NCBI GenBank assembly: GCA_964016885.1
Contig: OZ024741.1
Span: 389,856,001 to 389,920,000 of the forward strand
Reading direction: 5' to 3'
Source: Eledone cirrhosa
Taxonomy: Eukaryota
DNA: 64,000 nucleotides
Position 1 is the stretch's first letter. Each line of letters starts with the position of its first letter. The translations under genes and the position numbers were made by a program. The notes beneath the pieces are model-generated. The model was not told the origin of the DNA. It made no database searches and saw nothing but the letters and a program-made list of their open reading frames with translations. This document shows positions 1-12,704 of the stretch, piece after piece.

Positions 1-1493
1 GGTCGGCTTTTATCACCTCATCCCAAGTCATCTTGGGTCTCCCCACTCCGCGGTTTCCATCAACTTCTAGTGCTCTGCACCTTTTTATGCAGCTGTCATC
101 CTTCATACGCATCACATGTCCATACCAGCGTAACCGCCTCTCCTGCACGCAGCATTTGATTCCTCTTATGCTCAGTCTCTCTCTCAATTCATTTATGCTT
201 TGTCGTTCACGTATATTACTGTTACACATCCATCGGAGCATGCAGGCTTCGTTTCTCTCTAATCTACGTAAGTCTTCCACCTTCAGCGCCCAGGTCTCAC
301 TACCATGCAACATCGCTGTTCGGATACACGCATCATACAGTCTGCCTTTCATTCTGAGGGAGAAGCCTTTTGCAGCTAGCAGTGGTAGTAGTTCCCTAAA
401 CTTCTTCCATCCCGTTCTTACCCTAGTTATTGTACTTTCTGAGCACCCACCTCCGTTGCTAATTCGGTCACCTAGGTAGCAGAAGCTGTCTACTGTTTCT
501 ACAGGGCCCTCCCAGAGATTGGTGGTACTTGTTTCCTGTGGCTGTTTGCTTGCTGTTTCAGCACAGCTGCTGCATGTGAATCCTACATTCTTAATTAAGC
601 TTCCTGAGATCCCGCTACATCTCTTGTGTACCCATTGTTTGCATTTGGGGCAAAGAATGGAGTTCCTACCTACACCTTTCCTACATACTGAGCAAGGCCA
701 TTTCCCTGAGGGGATCTGGGTTCTGTTTTCTCGTCTACTTATAAGGACCTTAGTCTTTGTCATGTTGACTTTGAGGCCCTTTCTCTCTAGTCCCTGCTTC
801 CAGGTTTGGAATTTATTCTCTAGTTCTACCATAGATTCAGCTATGAGTGCGAGGTCATCAGCATACAGGAGTTCCCATGGGCATCCGGTCTTAAACTCCT
901 CCGTTATTGCCTGCAGGACTATGATGAACAGGAGAGGGCTAAGAACAGAGCCCTGGTGGACCCCAACCTGTACGCTAAATTCCTCGCTATACTCATTGCC
1001 AATCCTAACTTTGCTGACTGCTCCCCTATACATGGCTTGTACCGCTTTCACAAGCCATTCATCTACTCCTAGTTTTCTAAGAGCCCACCAGATTACTGCA
1101 CGTGGAACTCTGTCAAAGGCTTTCTCAAGGTCGACAAATGCCAAGTAGAGTGGCTTACTTTTAGCTAGGTACTTTTCCTGTAATTGCCTCACAAGGAAGA
1201 GCGCATCAGTGGTGCCCTTCCCTGGAACAAACCCAAATTGCATCTCGTCTATATTCACCCGGTCCCTAATCAGCTGTGCTATAACTCTTTCTGTTACTTT
1301 CATGACCTGGTCCATCAACTTTATACCTCTATAGTTTCCTCTATCTAGTGCATCGCCTTTACCTTTGTAGCAGTTGACAATGATGCTACTGCACCAATCT
1401 TTTGGTATGGCCCCCTCTAGTATTACCTGGTTAACGATACGTGTGGTTATAGTGTGACCTACAGACCCAGATGCCTTCAGCATCTCGGCAGCT

Positions 1494-1495
<2 letters not shown>
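1..1495 (-). mobile_element. RTE-clade LINE, 5'-truncated RT region (runs off window start)
   Basis: Minus-strand translation gives KGKGDALDRGNYRGIKLMDQVMKV, AFVDLEKAFDRVPR, GVHQGSVLSPLLF, PWELLYADDL and GRPK.TWDEVI; the 5' end abuts a (TA)n tract. Confidence 0.92.
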
Positions 1496-1550
<55 letters not shown>

Positions 1551-1581
1551 TATATATATATATGTGTATATATATATGTAT

Positions 1582-2079
1582 AAAGCATAAATGAATTGAG
1601 AGAGAGACTGAGCATAAGAGGAATCAAATGCTGTGTGCAGGAGAGGCGGTTGCGTTGGTATGGACATGAGATATGTATGAAGGATGACAGCTGCATAAAA
1701 ATGTGCAGAGCACTAGAAGTCAATGGAAACTGCGGAGTGGGGAGACCCAAGAAGACCTGGGATGAGGTGATAAAAACCGACCTTACACAATTACACCTCT
1801 CAAAGGCGATGACACACGGCCGTGACCTCTGGCGTCACGCAGTAATACAGAGTACCCGACCTCCCATGGGTACAAGCTGAAGCATATAGACAATATGCCC
1901 CCACACCCTCCCACTGCAAGGTGGTCGTGGAGGTGCCATGGCAAAAAAGCACCCAGCCCACACTGTAAAGTGGACGTGTAGGCGCCACGGAAAAAAAAGC
2001 ACCCAGCACTCACTGTAAATGAGTCTAACCCATGCTAGCATGGAAGAATGGACGTAAAACGGTGATGATGATGATGATG
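1582..2079 (+). mobile_element. RTE LINE 3' fragment with 3'UTR and (GAT)n tail
   Basis: ORF 1596-1880 has ERRLRWYGH...GRPKKTWDEVI; ends ...GGACGTAAAACGGTGATGATGATG; flanked by (TA)n. Confidence 0.9.
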
Positions 2080-2087
2080 TATATATG

Positions 2088-2118
<31 letters not shown>

Positions 2119-2123
2119 GTATG

Positions 2124-2172
<49 letters not shown>

Positions 2173-2176
<4 letters not shown>

Positions 2177-2672
2177 GAGGTTAGTAATGGCACATGGAAT
2201 ATATAAGAGACAGAATACTTTTTTGTGAAAAAACATATAATTTTATAAGGTAAGGAAATAATAAAGGGTATAAAAAATGACCGGTTTCGATGGGTTTGCA
2301 AAAGCCATCTTTTCAAATGTTGATTAATATTAAGAAAATTAATAATAAGAAGAGTTAAAATTTGAGATTTGAAAATTCAAGTATAAAATTCAGTGTGGTA
2401 TTTCATAGTAGTTTTCATCTTGGTAGCAGCAAGTTGACTGCTGTGTGCCTTTCTGGTAGTGAATGAGGAGTTATTTGGGGGAGTGGGTTATTTTATAAAG
2501 GTCAGATTTAGCAATGGCCAGATGGCCAGCTGCTGGTCAGTGAGGGGGTGGAAGCAATATACATACATATATCTCCCTGTGGTCGGTAGGAGAGGGGAGA
2601 GTGATAGTGCACTTACACCTATATATACACACATACCCTCATCCACACACACATACATATACATATACATAC

Positions 2673-2703
<31 letters not shown>

Positions 2704-3821
2704 CACATATATATATATATACATATATATACATATACACACATACATACACACACACATACATATACATACACACACACACACACACATATATATATAC
2801 ACATACACACACATACATATATACACACACACACACATATATACATACACATACATCCAGATACACACATACATACACACATATATACACATACGCATAC
2901 ATCCAGATACACACACACAATACATACACATACATACATCCACATGCACACACATACACACACACACACACACATACACATACATACACCCACACACATA
3001 GAGAAATGGCCTCCAAATATATATATATATACATACATACACATATATTTTTTCCATAATATAAGAAGTTAGGACAGTGAAATTAAAATACAAGTCATTC
3101 TGATCACATTGAGTTCTTCATGTAGATTGGGCCCCGCAACCGACAGTGGTGAATTCTGTGTGCGCATATATATATATAGATATATGTGTGTGCACATGCA
3201 GGGTTTAACATGGATGTGTTGGTCACACAAAAGCATGGTCTGTCAACGAATAAACCTGATTCTACAGAATTGGTCTCTGGTCTTTAATAGTAGTGATAAT
3301 TATATACATGCACACATACACACACATATATCTGTCACTCCGTGCGTATGTGTGTTTATATTTTATGACAATTCTATTGGGGTGATAAATGACCAACACA
3401 TCCATGTTAAACCCTGCACGTGCACACACATATATCTATATATATATGCGCACACAGAATTCACCACTGTCGGTTGCAGGGCCCAATCTACATGAAGAAC
3501 TCAATGTGATCAGAATGACTTGTATTTTAATTTCACTGTCCTAACTTCTTATATTATGGAAAAAAATATGTGTATGTATGTATATATATATATATTTGGA
3601 GGCCATTTCTCTATGTGTGTGGGTGTATGTATGTGCATGTGGATGTATGTATTGTGTGTGTGTATCTGGATGTATGCGTATGTGTATACCCTTTATTATT
3701 TCCTTACCTTATAAAATTATATGTTTTTTCACAAAAAAGTATTCTGTCTCTTATATATTCCATGTGCCATTACCAACCTCAATTTTCTCTATAACCTTCG
3801 TTTTGTGTAGAAACTTACACT

Positions 3822-3827
<6 letters not shown>
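2173..3827. mobile_element. Nested fold-back Penelope-like non-coding insertion
   Basis: Outer inverted repeat 2173-2272 / 3685-3784 plus unpaired tail 3785-3827; inner inverted repeat ~2885-3225 / 3390-3688; hammerhead motif next to the left arm. Confidence 0.6.
2273..2320 (-). ncRNA. Type I hammerhead ribozyme motif, U3-A8 variant core
   Basis: Minus strand reads ACAT-TTGAAAA-GATGG(CTTTTGCAAAC)CCATC-GAAA-CCG-GTC-ATTT: stem II GATGG/CCATC, GUC triplet, weak stem I. Confidence 0.6.
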
Positions 3828-4300
<473 letters not shown>

Positions 4301-4666
4301 TGAATATACAACGTAATAATATACACCATCAGTAAGTAATTCATTGAGGTGAATCTTTCTATAAATATTGGTTGTTTTATCTAGAAATTGTATCATATAC
4401 TTGTATTATTTGAAATTAATACAGGACATCATTGTATGGCCACTGGGCAATATTGGTAAAATAGTGTTGCTGTACATTGAGATTGCTAAAAAATTAATTC
4501 CAGTGTTTTCTATAAATAAATGTCTAACTCCAAGTAAAATAACAATAAATCAAAAGAAGGGTGTAAAGGCTTAATATATACATATGTACATATATATACA
4601 CAAATACATGTAAATATATATCACTATATATACACATGGACATGTAAACATATATCATTATATATA

Positions 4667-5742
4667 CGGTGGATTGGCAGTATCGGTAGAGAGTCAGACA
4701 CCATGCTTTGATGTATAGAGTTACGTCCCTTTATGATCTGAGTTCAAATCCCGCCGAGGTTAACTTTGCCTTTCATCCTTACGGGGGTGGATAAAATAAA
4801 GTACCAGTAATGTACTGGGTAATTGCTGGCCTTGTGCCTAAAATAGAAACAATTATATATACACACACATGTAAACATGTATCAGTATCGGTAGAGGGTC
4901 GGACGCCAAGCTTTGACGCATAGAGTTACGGCCCTTGCTATTCTGAGTTCAAATCCCGCCAAGGTTAACTTTGACGCATAGAGTTACGGGGTTGATAAAA
5001 TAAAGTACCAGTAATGCACTGGGATAATTGCTGGCCTTGTGCCAAAAGTAGAAACAATTATATATACACACATCGGTGGATTGGCAGTATCGGTAGAGGG
5101 TCAGACGACATGCTTTGACGCATAGAGTTACGGCCCTTGCCATTCTGAGTTCAAATCCCGCCGAGGTTAACTTTGCCTTTCATCCTTACGGGGTTGATAA
5201 AATAAAGTACCAGTAATGTACTGGGTAATTGTGGCCTTGTGCCTAAAAGTAGAAACAATTATATATACACACACATGTAAACATGTATCATTATATACAC
5301 ACGCACACATGTAAATGTATTGTTATATACACACACACATGTAAATATGTATCATTATATATAATGGCGGTGGATTGGCAGTCTCGGTAGAGGGTCGGAC
5401 GCCATGCTTTCCAGCATAGTTACGTCCCTTTACGATCTGAGTTCAAATCCCGCCGAGGTTGACTTTGCCTTTCATCCTTACTGGGTCGATAAAATAAAGT
5501 ACCAGTAATGCACTGGGTGATTGCTGGCCTTGTGCCTAAAGTAGAAACAATTATATATAATGGCAGTATCGATAGAGGGTCGGACGTCATGCTTTGATGT
5601 ATAGAGTTACCTCCCTGTATGATCTGAGTTCAAATCCCGCCGAGGTTAACTTTGCCTTTCATCCTTACGGGGTCGATAAAATAAAGTACCAGTAATGCAC
5701 TGGGTAATTGCTGGCCTTGTGCCAAAAGTAGAAACAATTATA
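4667..5742 (+). mobile_element. Cluster of five same-orientation tRNA-derived SINEs (Nin/Deu-like central domain)
   Basis: Units at ~4667, 4884, 5075, 5366 and 5560 with A-box TGGCAGTATCGG, B-box GAGTTCAAATCC, GCCTTTCATCCTT..GGGTCGATAAAATAAAGTACCAG and tail GGCCTTGTGCC..AGTAGAAACAATTA. Confidence 0.8.
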
Positions 5743-5975
5743 TGTACACACATACATATAAAATATATCACTATATATACACAAATACATGTAAACATAT
5801 ATCACTATATATACATATATACATGTAAACGTATACCAGTGTATATACACACATACATGCAGAGATATATTGTAATACCTACACAAATACATGTATATAT
5901 ATATCACTCTATATGTAGACATACATACATGTAAATATATATCTTTATATATACACAAATACATATATCACTATA

Positions 5976-6577
5976 CTAGCATTAAAGCCTGGCGTTGCTC
6001 GGGGTCAGTAAGTTACCAAAGTTAGGTTGCACCACCCATTTTATGGCAGCACTTTTTTGTCTGCCAGGCACTGGGTGAATGAATTGCAGACCTGGACTGC
6101 CGAAGCAGGAGCTGCACCAGCAGTGACAATTGTAGTTTCGCCTATGGATATTATCTCTGTGCAAAGAAGTGTTAAAATTTATTGTTTCACAGTACTTGCG
6201 CAACATGCGCGTAGACGATGCCAGCCGAACAACAGAGCTGCGATGGAGTTGTTCTGCATGGTTGTCTAATGTGTGTTTTCTAAATTTAAGACAGTAGGGA
6301 GGGGTGTGATATGGGGGAGAGTTAGCTGCTGTTTCTAGCAGGTTTAGTGACCTCATAGAGGATATGTGTTTTCTAAATTTAAGACAGTAGGGAGGGGTGT
6401 GATATGGGGGAGAGTTAGCTGGTATTTCTGATACTTCTTTCTTCCACGTTCGTTGAGAGATGTTTTAAAAAAGATTTACCGCTATTTTTTTTTGTTGTTG
6501 AATAAATTTATCTGTTGCTTTTGAATAATTGTCATTGAAGTAAATAAATGTTTGACCATTCCACACTCAAAAACAAA

Positions 6578-6618
<41 letters not shown>

Positions 6619-6944
6619 TCATTTCTTTCTCTCTTCTTTCTTCGGCGTTCCTAAAGGAAGTTTATAAGTTTAAGCGTATATAAGAGAAAGTTGCAGCATG
6701 TATGTAGTTTTATCGAATTTTAAGGGGAGTAGAGAGAGGTTATCAGATTGTATTAGAGGGGTAAAGCGTCATGTATTTAGTTTTATCGATTATTTCCGTA
6801 ATTGTGGGTGAGTTTGAAATAAATAAATAGTCGTTGACCTAAGTTAGACCATTTACAAAATTCTTACAGACTTTGAGTTGAATCGGTTTGAAATTGTGCA
6901 AATGTATAAAATTGAAACATACATACAGACCTGCCTTTTATAGA
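5976..6944 (-). mobile_element. Non-autonomous Helitron
   Basis: Minus strand starts A|TCTATAAAAGG..TCTGTATGTATG and ends CCCGAGCAACGCCAGG-N9-CTAG|T; no TSD. Confidence 0.75.
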
Positions 6945-6947
6945 TAA

Positions 6948-8186
6948 CTAGCAGTAAAGCCTGGCGTTGCTCGGGGGTCGCTCAGTAGCTGTGTTAAAGT
7001 TACAATGTTAAGTTTCTTTTTTGGCTTAAAAACTGTAGTGTCTACTGTGCAGACTTGCATGTGGTGTTTTTGATTAATATTCCCTCAACCAACAATATGC
7101 CTTATGAAGTTAAGAAAACATAACGATAACCCGAATTAAAGTAAATTCAGCCTTATAAGACCGTAAAATTAATTTAAACGTTTAATAGGGAAAGTTTGCT
7201 AACCGTCGTAATAAAAAAATAAATATCAATAACTTACGAAGTAATGAACTCGCCGAACTTTTAAAGCGTTGTAGCATACAAAGGCAGTACAGTGCAAATG
7301 AAGCTATTAAACAAACTGGAGATTCCAATTCACTCTACTAAAGATTTACTTAATCGTCTGCACATTCGCTAATCGTCTGCTCATTCCATAAAAGGGAAAT
7401 AATCGCCTATATCACCTCTCTGCATGACTGTCTGTCTGCACGCCTATATCACCTCTCTGCATGACTGTCTGTCTGCACGCCTATATCACCTCTCTGCACG
7501 ACTGTCTGTCTACACGCGTATATCACCTCTCTGCACGACTGTCTGTCTGCACGCCTAACGAAATTTACAGATACATATATTTTAAATAAACTTATATAAT
7601 TTTTGCTTTTTTTTACGAAATATTTGCTTGTTTTACGTAGTCTTTAAATAGACTTGTTTTCAAGTAAAAATATTGTTTTAAAAGGCTTTTAAATGGAAAT
7701 GAAGCAAAACGGAAACTTAGTGTTCGAACTGATGAATTTTGCAGGTCAAAATTTTGCTGGCTCGACAACTGTTCGTGTATTGTGTTAATGTCATTTTAAA
7801 CGCTGAGAAAGCCAGCGTAATTTTTTTAATTTTTGCACGCAGAAAATGTAAACAGAACGTAAGACGCTACGCTGAATGTAAACAGAACAAAGGGAAATCA
7901 TTTTTTTAATTTTTGCACGCAGAAAATGTAAAGAGAACGTAAGACGCTACGCTGAATGTAAACAGAACAAAGGGAAATAACTGATCACTTACGCTCAAAA
8001 ATCGATACATTATATTCGATTTCGTCAGATAGGGTGGGTCAATTTGAAATATTTTTTTCCGATGTCTTCGCTAGGGCTCAATGTACAAGTATAGCAATTT
8101 CGGTGCAATTCCGTGAGAGATTCTAAGAGGAGATGTGTGCCAAAAATCGATAGACAGACAGACAACCTCAGTTTTATATATATAGA
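6948..8186 (-). mobile_element. Non-autonomous Helitron, head-to-tail with the previous copy
   Basis: Minus strand starts A|TCTATATATATAAAACTGAGGTTGTCTGTCTGTC and has the same hairpin+CTAG end; internal 37-bp x4 (7404-7557) and 80-bp x2 (7821-7978) tandem repeats. Confidence 0.8.
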
Positions 8187-8259
8187 TGATATACACATAT
8201 ACATGTGTATATATATCACTATTTATACACACAGATATAAACATATATCATTATATATG

Positions 8260-8530
8260 ATTGGGGTCGATAAAATAAAGTACCAGTAATACACTGGGTA
8301 ATTGCTGGCCTTGTGCCAAAAGTAGAAACAATTATATATACACACTGCGTCGGACAACATGTTTAGTGGCATAGAGTTATGACCCTTTATGTTCTGAGTT
8401 CAAATCCTGCCCAAGTTAGCTTTGCCTTTCATCCTTACAGGGTCGATAAAATGAAATACCAGTAATGTACTGGGGTTGAATTAATCGACTTCCCTTCCCC
8501 CAAAATTGTTGGCCTTGAAACCATTATTTC
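8260..8530 (+). mobile_element. Two partial copies of the Nin/Deu-like SINE
   Basis: Same B-box and GGGTCGATAAAAT.AA.TACCAG domain as 4667-5742. Confidence 0.7.
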
Positions 8531-9776
8531 TACAAACATACATATACACATAACATTATACATATTCTCATACATATAGAGATATATCATTATATATACA
8601 TACATATAGACATACAACATTATACACACTTGTATATGTAGACATATATCATTGAACATTCACATAGTACACACACTATAACACTTAAAGGAAACATCAT
8701 AAGAGACTGAATGCTACATTGTTTGGAGACCAAAGAGATACAATGTAAAGTTTGAGAGGACTCTTCAGTCTAGACAAGCATGTAACAAGCTCTCTAGTAC
8801 TGGTGCCATGATAAAATGTCCCCCGTACACCCTTTAATGTGTTAGTGTTGGTGTCACAATAGAACACTCCCAGTCCACCTTGTAAAGTGCTAGTGTTGTT
8901 GATAAATAACATTATTTGCTGAAAGGGAAGTAGATAAATAGAAAGATGGAAAATCATATTCTTAGAGAAAGCACTATTCAAAAATTACTGTGTATGGCAC
9001 AGAAAAAGTGGTATTGTGTTTCTATTTGCTGAAAAATAGATGCCAGTTCCACTTTCTGTGGAAGGGTTAAGGAGTGGATCCAGTTATAAATCAGATACTT
9101 TTAAAATTCAGAGTGAAATATTTCTGCAAAAAACTAGAAAGTAATGCTCAGAACATCTGGTTTGATGTCATATCATGTGAATTAATTGAAGTGATCTAGG
9201 AAAGCAATTTAATACCAACAGTTACTACAGTATTCAAAATCTATTGAAAAGAAAGAGAAATAATAGCCTACATTATGGGACTACATAAAAGTGATGAATG
9301 TACCTTGTTTTGAAAATGTCAGTTAAAGCTGACAAGTTGTTTAGTAAAATAGCAACTTAGTAACACATACCAGCTTTGCAATACTTATAGAGAACAATGA
9401 ATGAACTTCTTGAAGTATATATTCTTGATATCTATTATAAATTCACAGTCTCATCAATAGGTATTTGAATAGAAGGAATCTGTGTTACAATTGGACACTT
9501 CAAGTCTTATAGAAGAAAGTCAACATTGTAATGAACTGGTCAGTCAGTCTAATTGTACATTATTAGCCAAAATGCAGTCAGCAGAATTAAGTATATTAAG
9601 TAACTTTTGACATTTCTTGACATTTAGTATAGAGTGTAATAATTTGACTATGCATACACACGTGTGTGTATGTGTATATATATATATATATGTAAAAAGT
9701 AAACACAAATAACAAAGCAAACAACACAGTACAGTGAAGTAATATTAGTTTAAATACTTGAAATAATATGAAAAGA

Positions 9777-9813
9777 ATCTTAATGCTTCGACACTAGTCC
9801 TTCATCAGAAGAT
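9777..9813 (-). ncRNA. Degenerate hammerhead motif in a Penelope-like terminal fragment
   Basis: ATCTT-CTGATGA-AGGACTAGTGTC-GAAG-CATT-AAGAT; GAAA is mutated to GAAG. Confidence 0.4.
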
Positions 9814-10002
9814 AGAATGAGAAATAAAAGATGAAATAGAAAGATAGAGTGAGAAGAGGAACGTACAGAAAAAAAAACATTAAGAAAATAAAACAACACA
9901 TGCATATTCGGCCAATATATACATATACTTTTTACTTCATTAAATTGGAGATTTTTTGCTCTTTCTCTGGTATATACCATACTGTGAAACAAGACTTTAA
10001 GA

Positions 10003-10478
10003 TTCTTCTTCTTCTTCTTCTTCTTCTTCTTCTTCTTCTTCTTCTTCTTCTTCTTCTTTCTTCTTCTTCTTCTTCTTCTTCTTCTTCTTCTTCTTCTTCT
10101 TCTTCTTCTTCTTCTTCTTCTTCTTCTTCTTCTTCTTCTTCTTCTTCTTCTTCTTCTTCTTCTTCTTCTTCTTCTTCCTTCTTCTTCTTCTTCTTCTTCT
10201 TCTTCTTCTTCTTCTTCTTCTTCTTCTTCTTCTTCTTCTTCTTCTTCTTCTTCTTCTTCTTCTTCTTCTTCTTCTTCTTCTTCTTCTTCTTCTTCTTCTT
10301 CTTCTTCTTCTTCTTCTTCTTCTTTCTTCTTCTTCTTCTTCTTCTTCTTCTTCTTCTTCTTCTTCTTCTTCTTCTTCTTCTTCTTCTTCTTCTTCTTCTT
10401 CTTCTTCTTCTTCTTCTTCTTCTTCTTCTTCTTCTTCTTCTTCTTCTCTTCTTCTTCTTCTTCTTCTTCTTCTTCTTG
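10003..10478. repeat. (TTC)n/(GAA)n microsatellite, ~475 bp
   Basis: Seen directly; source of the poly-E/K/R/L/S/F ORFs. Confidence 0.98.
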
Positions 10479-10522
10479 GATGGGATGAGGGGTTAACTGA
10501 GTCAACATTTAGTTTCATTAGA

Positions 10523-10722
10523 NNNNNNNNNNNNNNNNNNNNNNNNNNNNNNNNNNNNNNNNNNNNNNNNNNNNNNNNNNNNNNNNNNNNNNNNNNNNNN
10601 NNNNNNNNNNNNNNNNNNNNNNNNNNNNNNNNNNNNNNNNNNNNNNNNNNNNNNNNNNNNNNNNNNNNNNNNNNNNNNNNNNNNNNNNNNNNNNNNNNNN
10701 NNNNNNNNNNNNNNNNNNNNNN
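10523..10722. other. Assembly gap (200 N)
   Basis: Run of N. Confidence 1.
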
Positions 10723-10724
10723 TA

Positions 10725-11170
10725 CAAAGGGAAGGGAGTATGACACCATTGTGCTGTGTGCAATGCTGCATGGTAGTGAAACTTGGATTGTGATCGCAGA
10801 GGACATGCATAGACTGGAGAGAAATGAAGCAACCATGTTTTGTTGGATGTGCAATGTAAATGTGAGAGAAAGGCAGAGCTTGGACGAGCTGGGTATAAGG
10901 GGAATCCAAGATGGTATACAGGAGAGAAGACTGCGTTGGTATGGACATATGATGCACATGGACAATGACTGATAGGTGAAGAAATGCCAGAAAATCCCAG
11001 TGGAAGGAAGCCATCATAGAGGATGATAAAGAAAGACCTGGGCAGAGGTTATGAGAGTGGACCTCAAATTGCTAAGACAGGCAGAGTTGACAAAGAAACG
11101 AGACAAGTGGAGAGATGCCATGCTGAGAAGGCAAGCATGGAAGAGTGGATGTAAAAATGATGATGATGAA
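10725..11170 (+). mobile_element. Decayed RTE LINE 3' fragment
   Basis: AMLHGSETW...LERNEA...ERRLRWYGH; (ATG)n tail. Confidence 0.85.
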
Positions 11171-11206
<36 letters not shown>

Positions 11207-11251
11207 GTGACGAAACATAAGTCAATTGTATGAACTCATAATCCTTTATTT

Positions 11252-11308
11252 ACCTCTATATATATTTCGATGATAGCCATTGTATGGCTATGACCTCATC
11301 AGGCAGTT
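11252..11308 (-). ncRNA. Type I hammerhead ribozyme motif
   Basis: Minus strand reads CTGATGA-GGTC-ATAGCCA(TACAA)TGGCTAT-CATC-GAAA-TATATA-TA; imperfect stem I; sits in a short insert between (TA)n tracts. Confidence 0.6.
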
Positions 11309-11477
11309 AGTAAGTTCTTAGATATGCCAGCACTGGGTTTTTGGTATTGATGGTTTTAGAGCCTTGGGTCATATGTCCCACCCTCCTGTCTATATATATT
11401 CTTATATGTTTATATGTGACTGTTTATATATCCATGTATATGTATTCGTGTGTGTGTGTGTATATATATATATGTAT

Positions 11478-11532
<55 letters not shown>

Positions 11533-11716
11533 TATGTATGTATACGTACATACATATATGTATACAGATGTACGGTAGTATGTATATATATATAGATACA
11601 TGCACACATATATATATATGTACGTAAGGGTTTATGTTCGGTTTGTTTGTTTGTAAACAAACAAACAGCCCGAATTACGCTGTACAGTGTTCAGGCAACC
11701 ATCGTCACCTTTTTGT

Positions 11717-12525
11717 TCAACACTGACAGCTATAAGTACCAGAGAAGCTCCCATGAGCAACCTGTTTAAACTCCTCTGTTATGGCCTGAAGGACTATGAT
11801 GAACAACAATGGGCTAAGAACTGAACCTTGATGAACTCCTACCTGTACCTTGAATTCCTTGCTAAACTCATTTCCTACTCTCACGTTACTGACAGCTCCT
11901 CTGCACTTAGCTTGCACTGCTCTCACAAGTCATTATTCTACACCTAGTTTCCTTAAGGACCACCAGATAATAGATGAAGGTACTCTGTCAAAAGTGTTCT
12001 CTAGATAAAAAAAACAACTAAATATAGTGGTTTATTTTTGGCTAGGTACTACTCTTGAAGTTACCTCGCTAAGAACAGTGCATCTGTAGTACTTTTCCCA
12101 GGCATGAAACCAAACTGCATCTCATCTATTTTGACTCTTTCCCTAATTAACTGCGCTATAACTCTTACCGTAACTTTCATAACTTGGTCCATTAGTTTTA
12201 TTCCTCTATAGTTGCTCCACTCTAGAGTATCACCTTTTCCCTTGTAGCAATTTGTTATTCTACTGCGGCACCAGTTATTGGGTATGAATCCATTATGTAT
12301 TACTTGATTTACTATACAGGTTACTATTCTGAGTCCTACATCTCCTAATGCTCTTAGCATCTCAGCAACTATTTCTGATGGTCCTGCAGCTTTACCATTT
12401 TTTATCTCCTTGATTGTGTCTTTGACCCTAAAACTATCAACTTCAATAGCTGGTCTTTCCTTTGGGTAAGTTGGGAGTAGTTTCTCTTCCTCCCATTCAT
12501 TCTCTACATTCATCAACCTCTCATA
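11717..12525 (-). mobile_element. Decayed RTE LINE RT fragment
   Basis: GKAAGPSEIVAEML, NYRGIKLMDQVMKV, QFGFMPGKSTTDALF, GVHQGSVLSPLLF, with stops and frameshifts. Confidence 0.9.
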
Positions 12526-12536
12526 GAGAATGAAAT

Positions 12537-12574
<38 letters not shown>

Positions 12575-12704
12575 TGTTTTTACGTTTGGCACAAGGCCAG
12601 CAATTATCCCAGTGCATTACTGGTGCTTTATTTTATCAACCCCATAAGGATGAAAGGCGAAGTTAACCTCAGTGGGATTTGAACTCAGACCGTAGAACTG
12701 ATAG

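Noticed and set aside
3485-3525. Hammerhead in the inner inverted repeat (ATGAAGA...GAAT)
   Set aside because: Core and stem II are too degenerate
7404-7557. CRISPR-like 37-bp repeats
   Set aside because: Contiguous tandem units without spacers, inside a Helitron in a eukaryotic context
9780-11017. Poly-E/K/R/S/F ORFs
   Set aside because: Translations of (TTC)n and of the N gap
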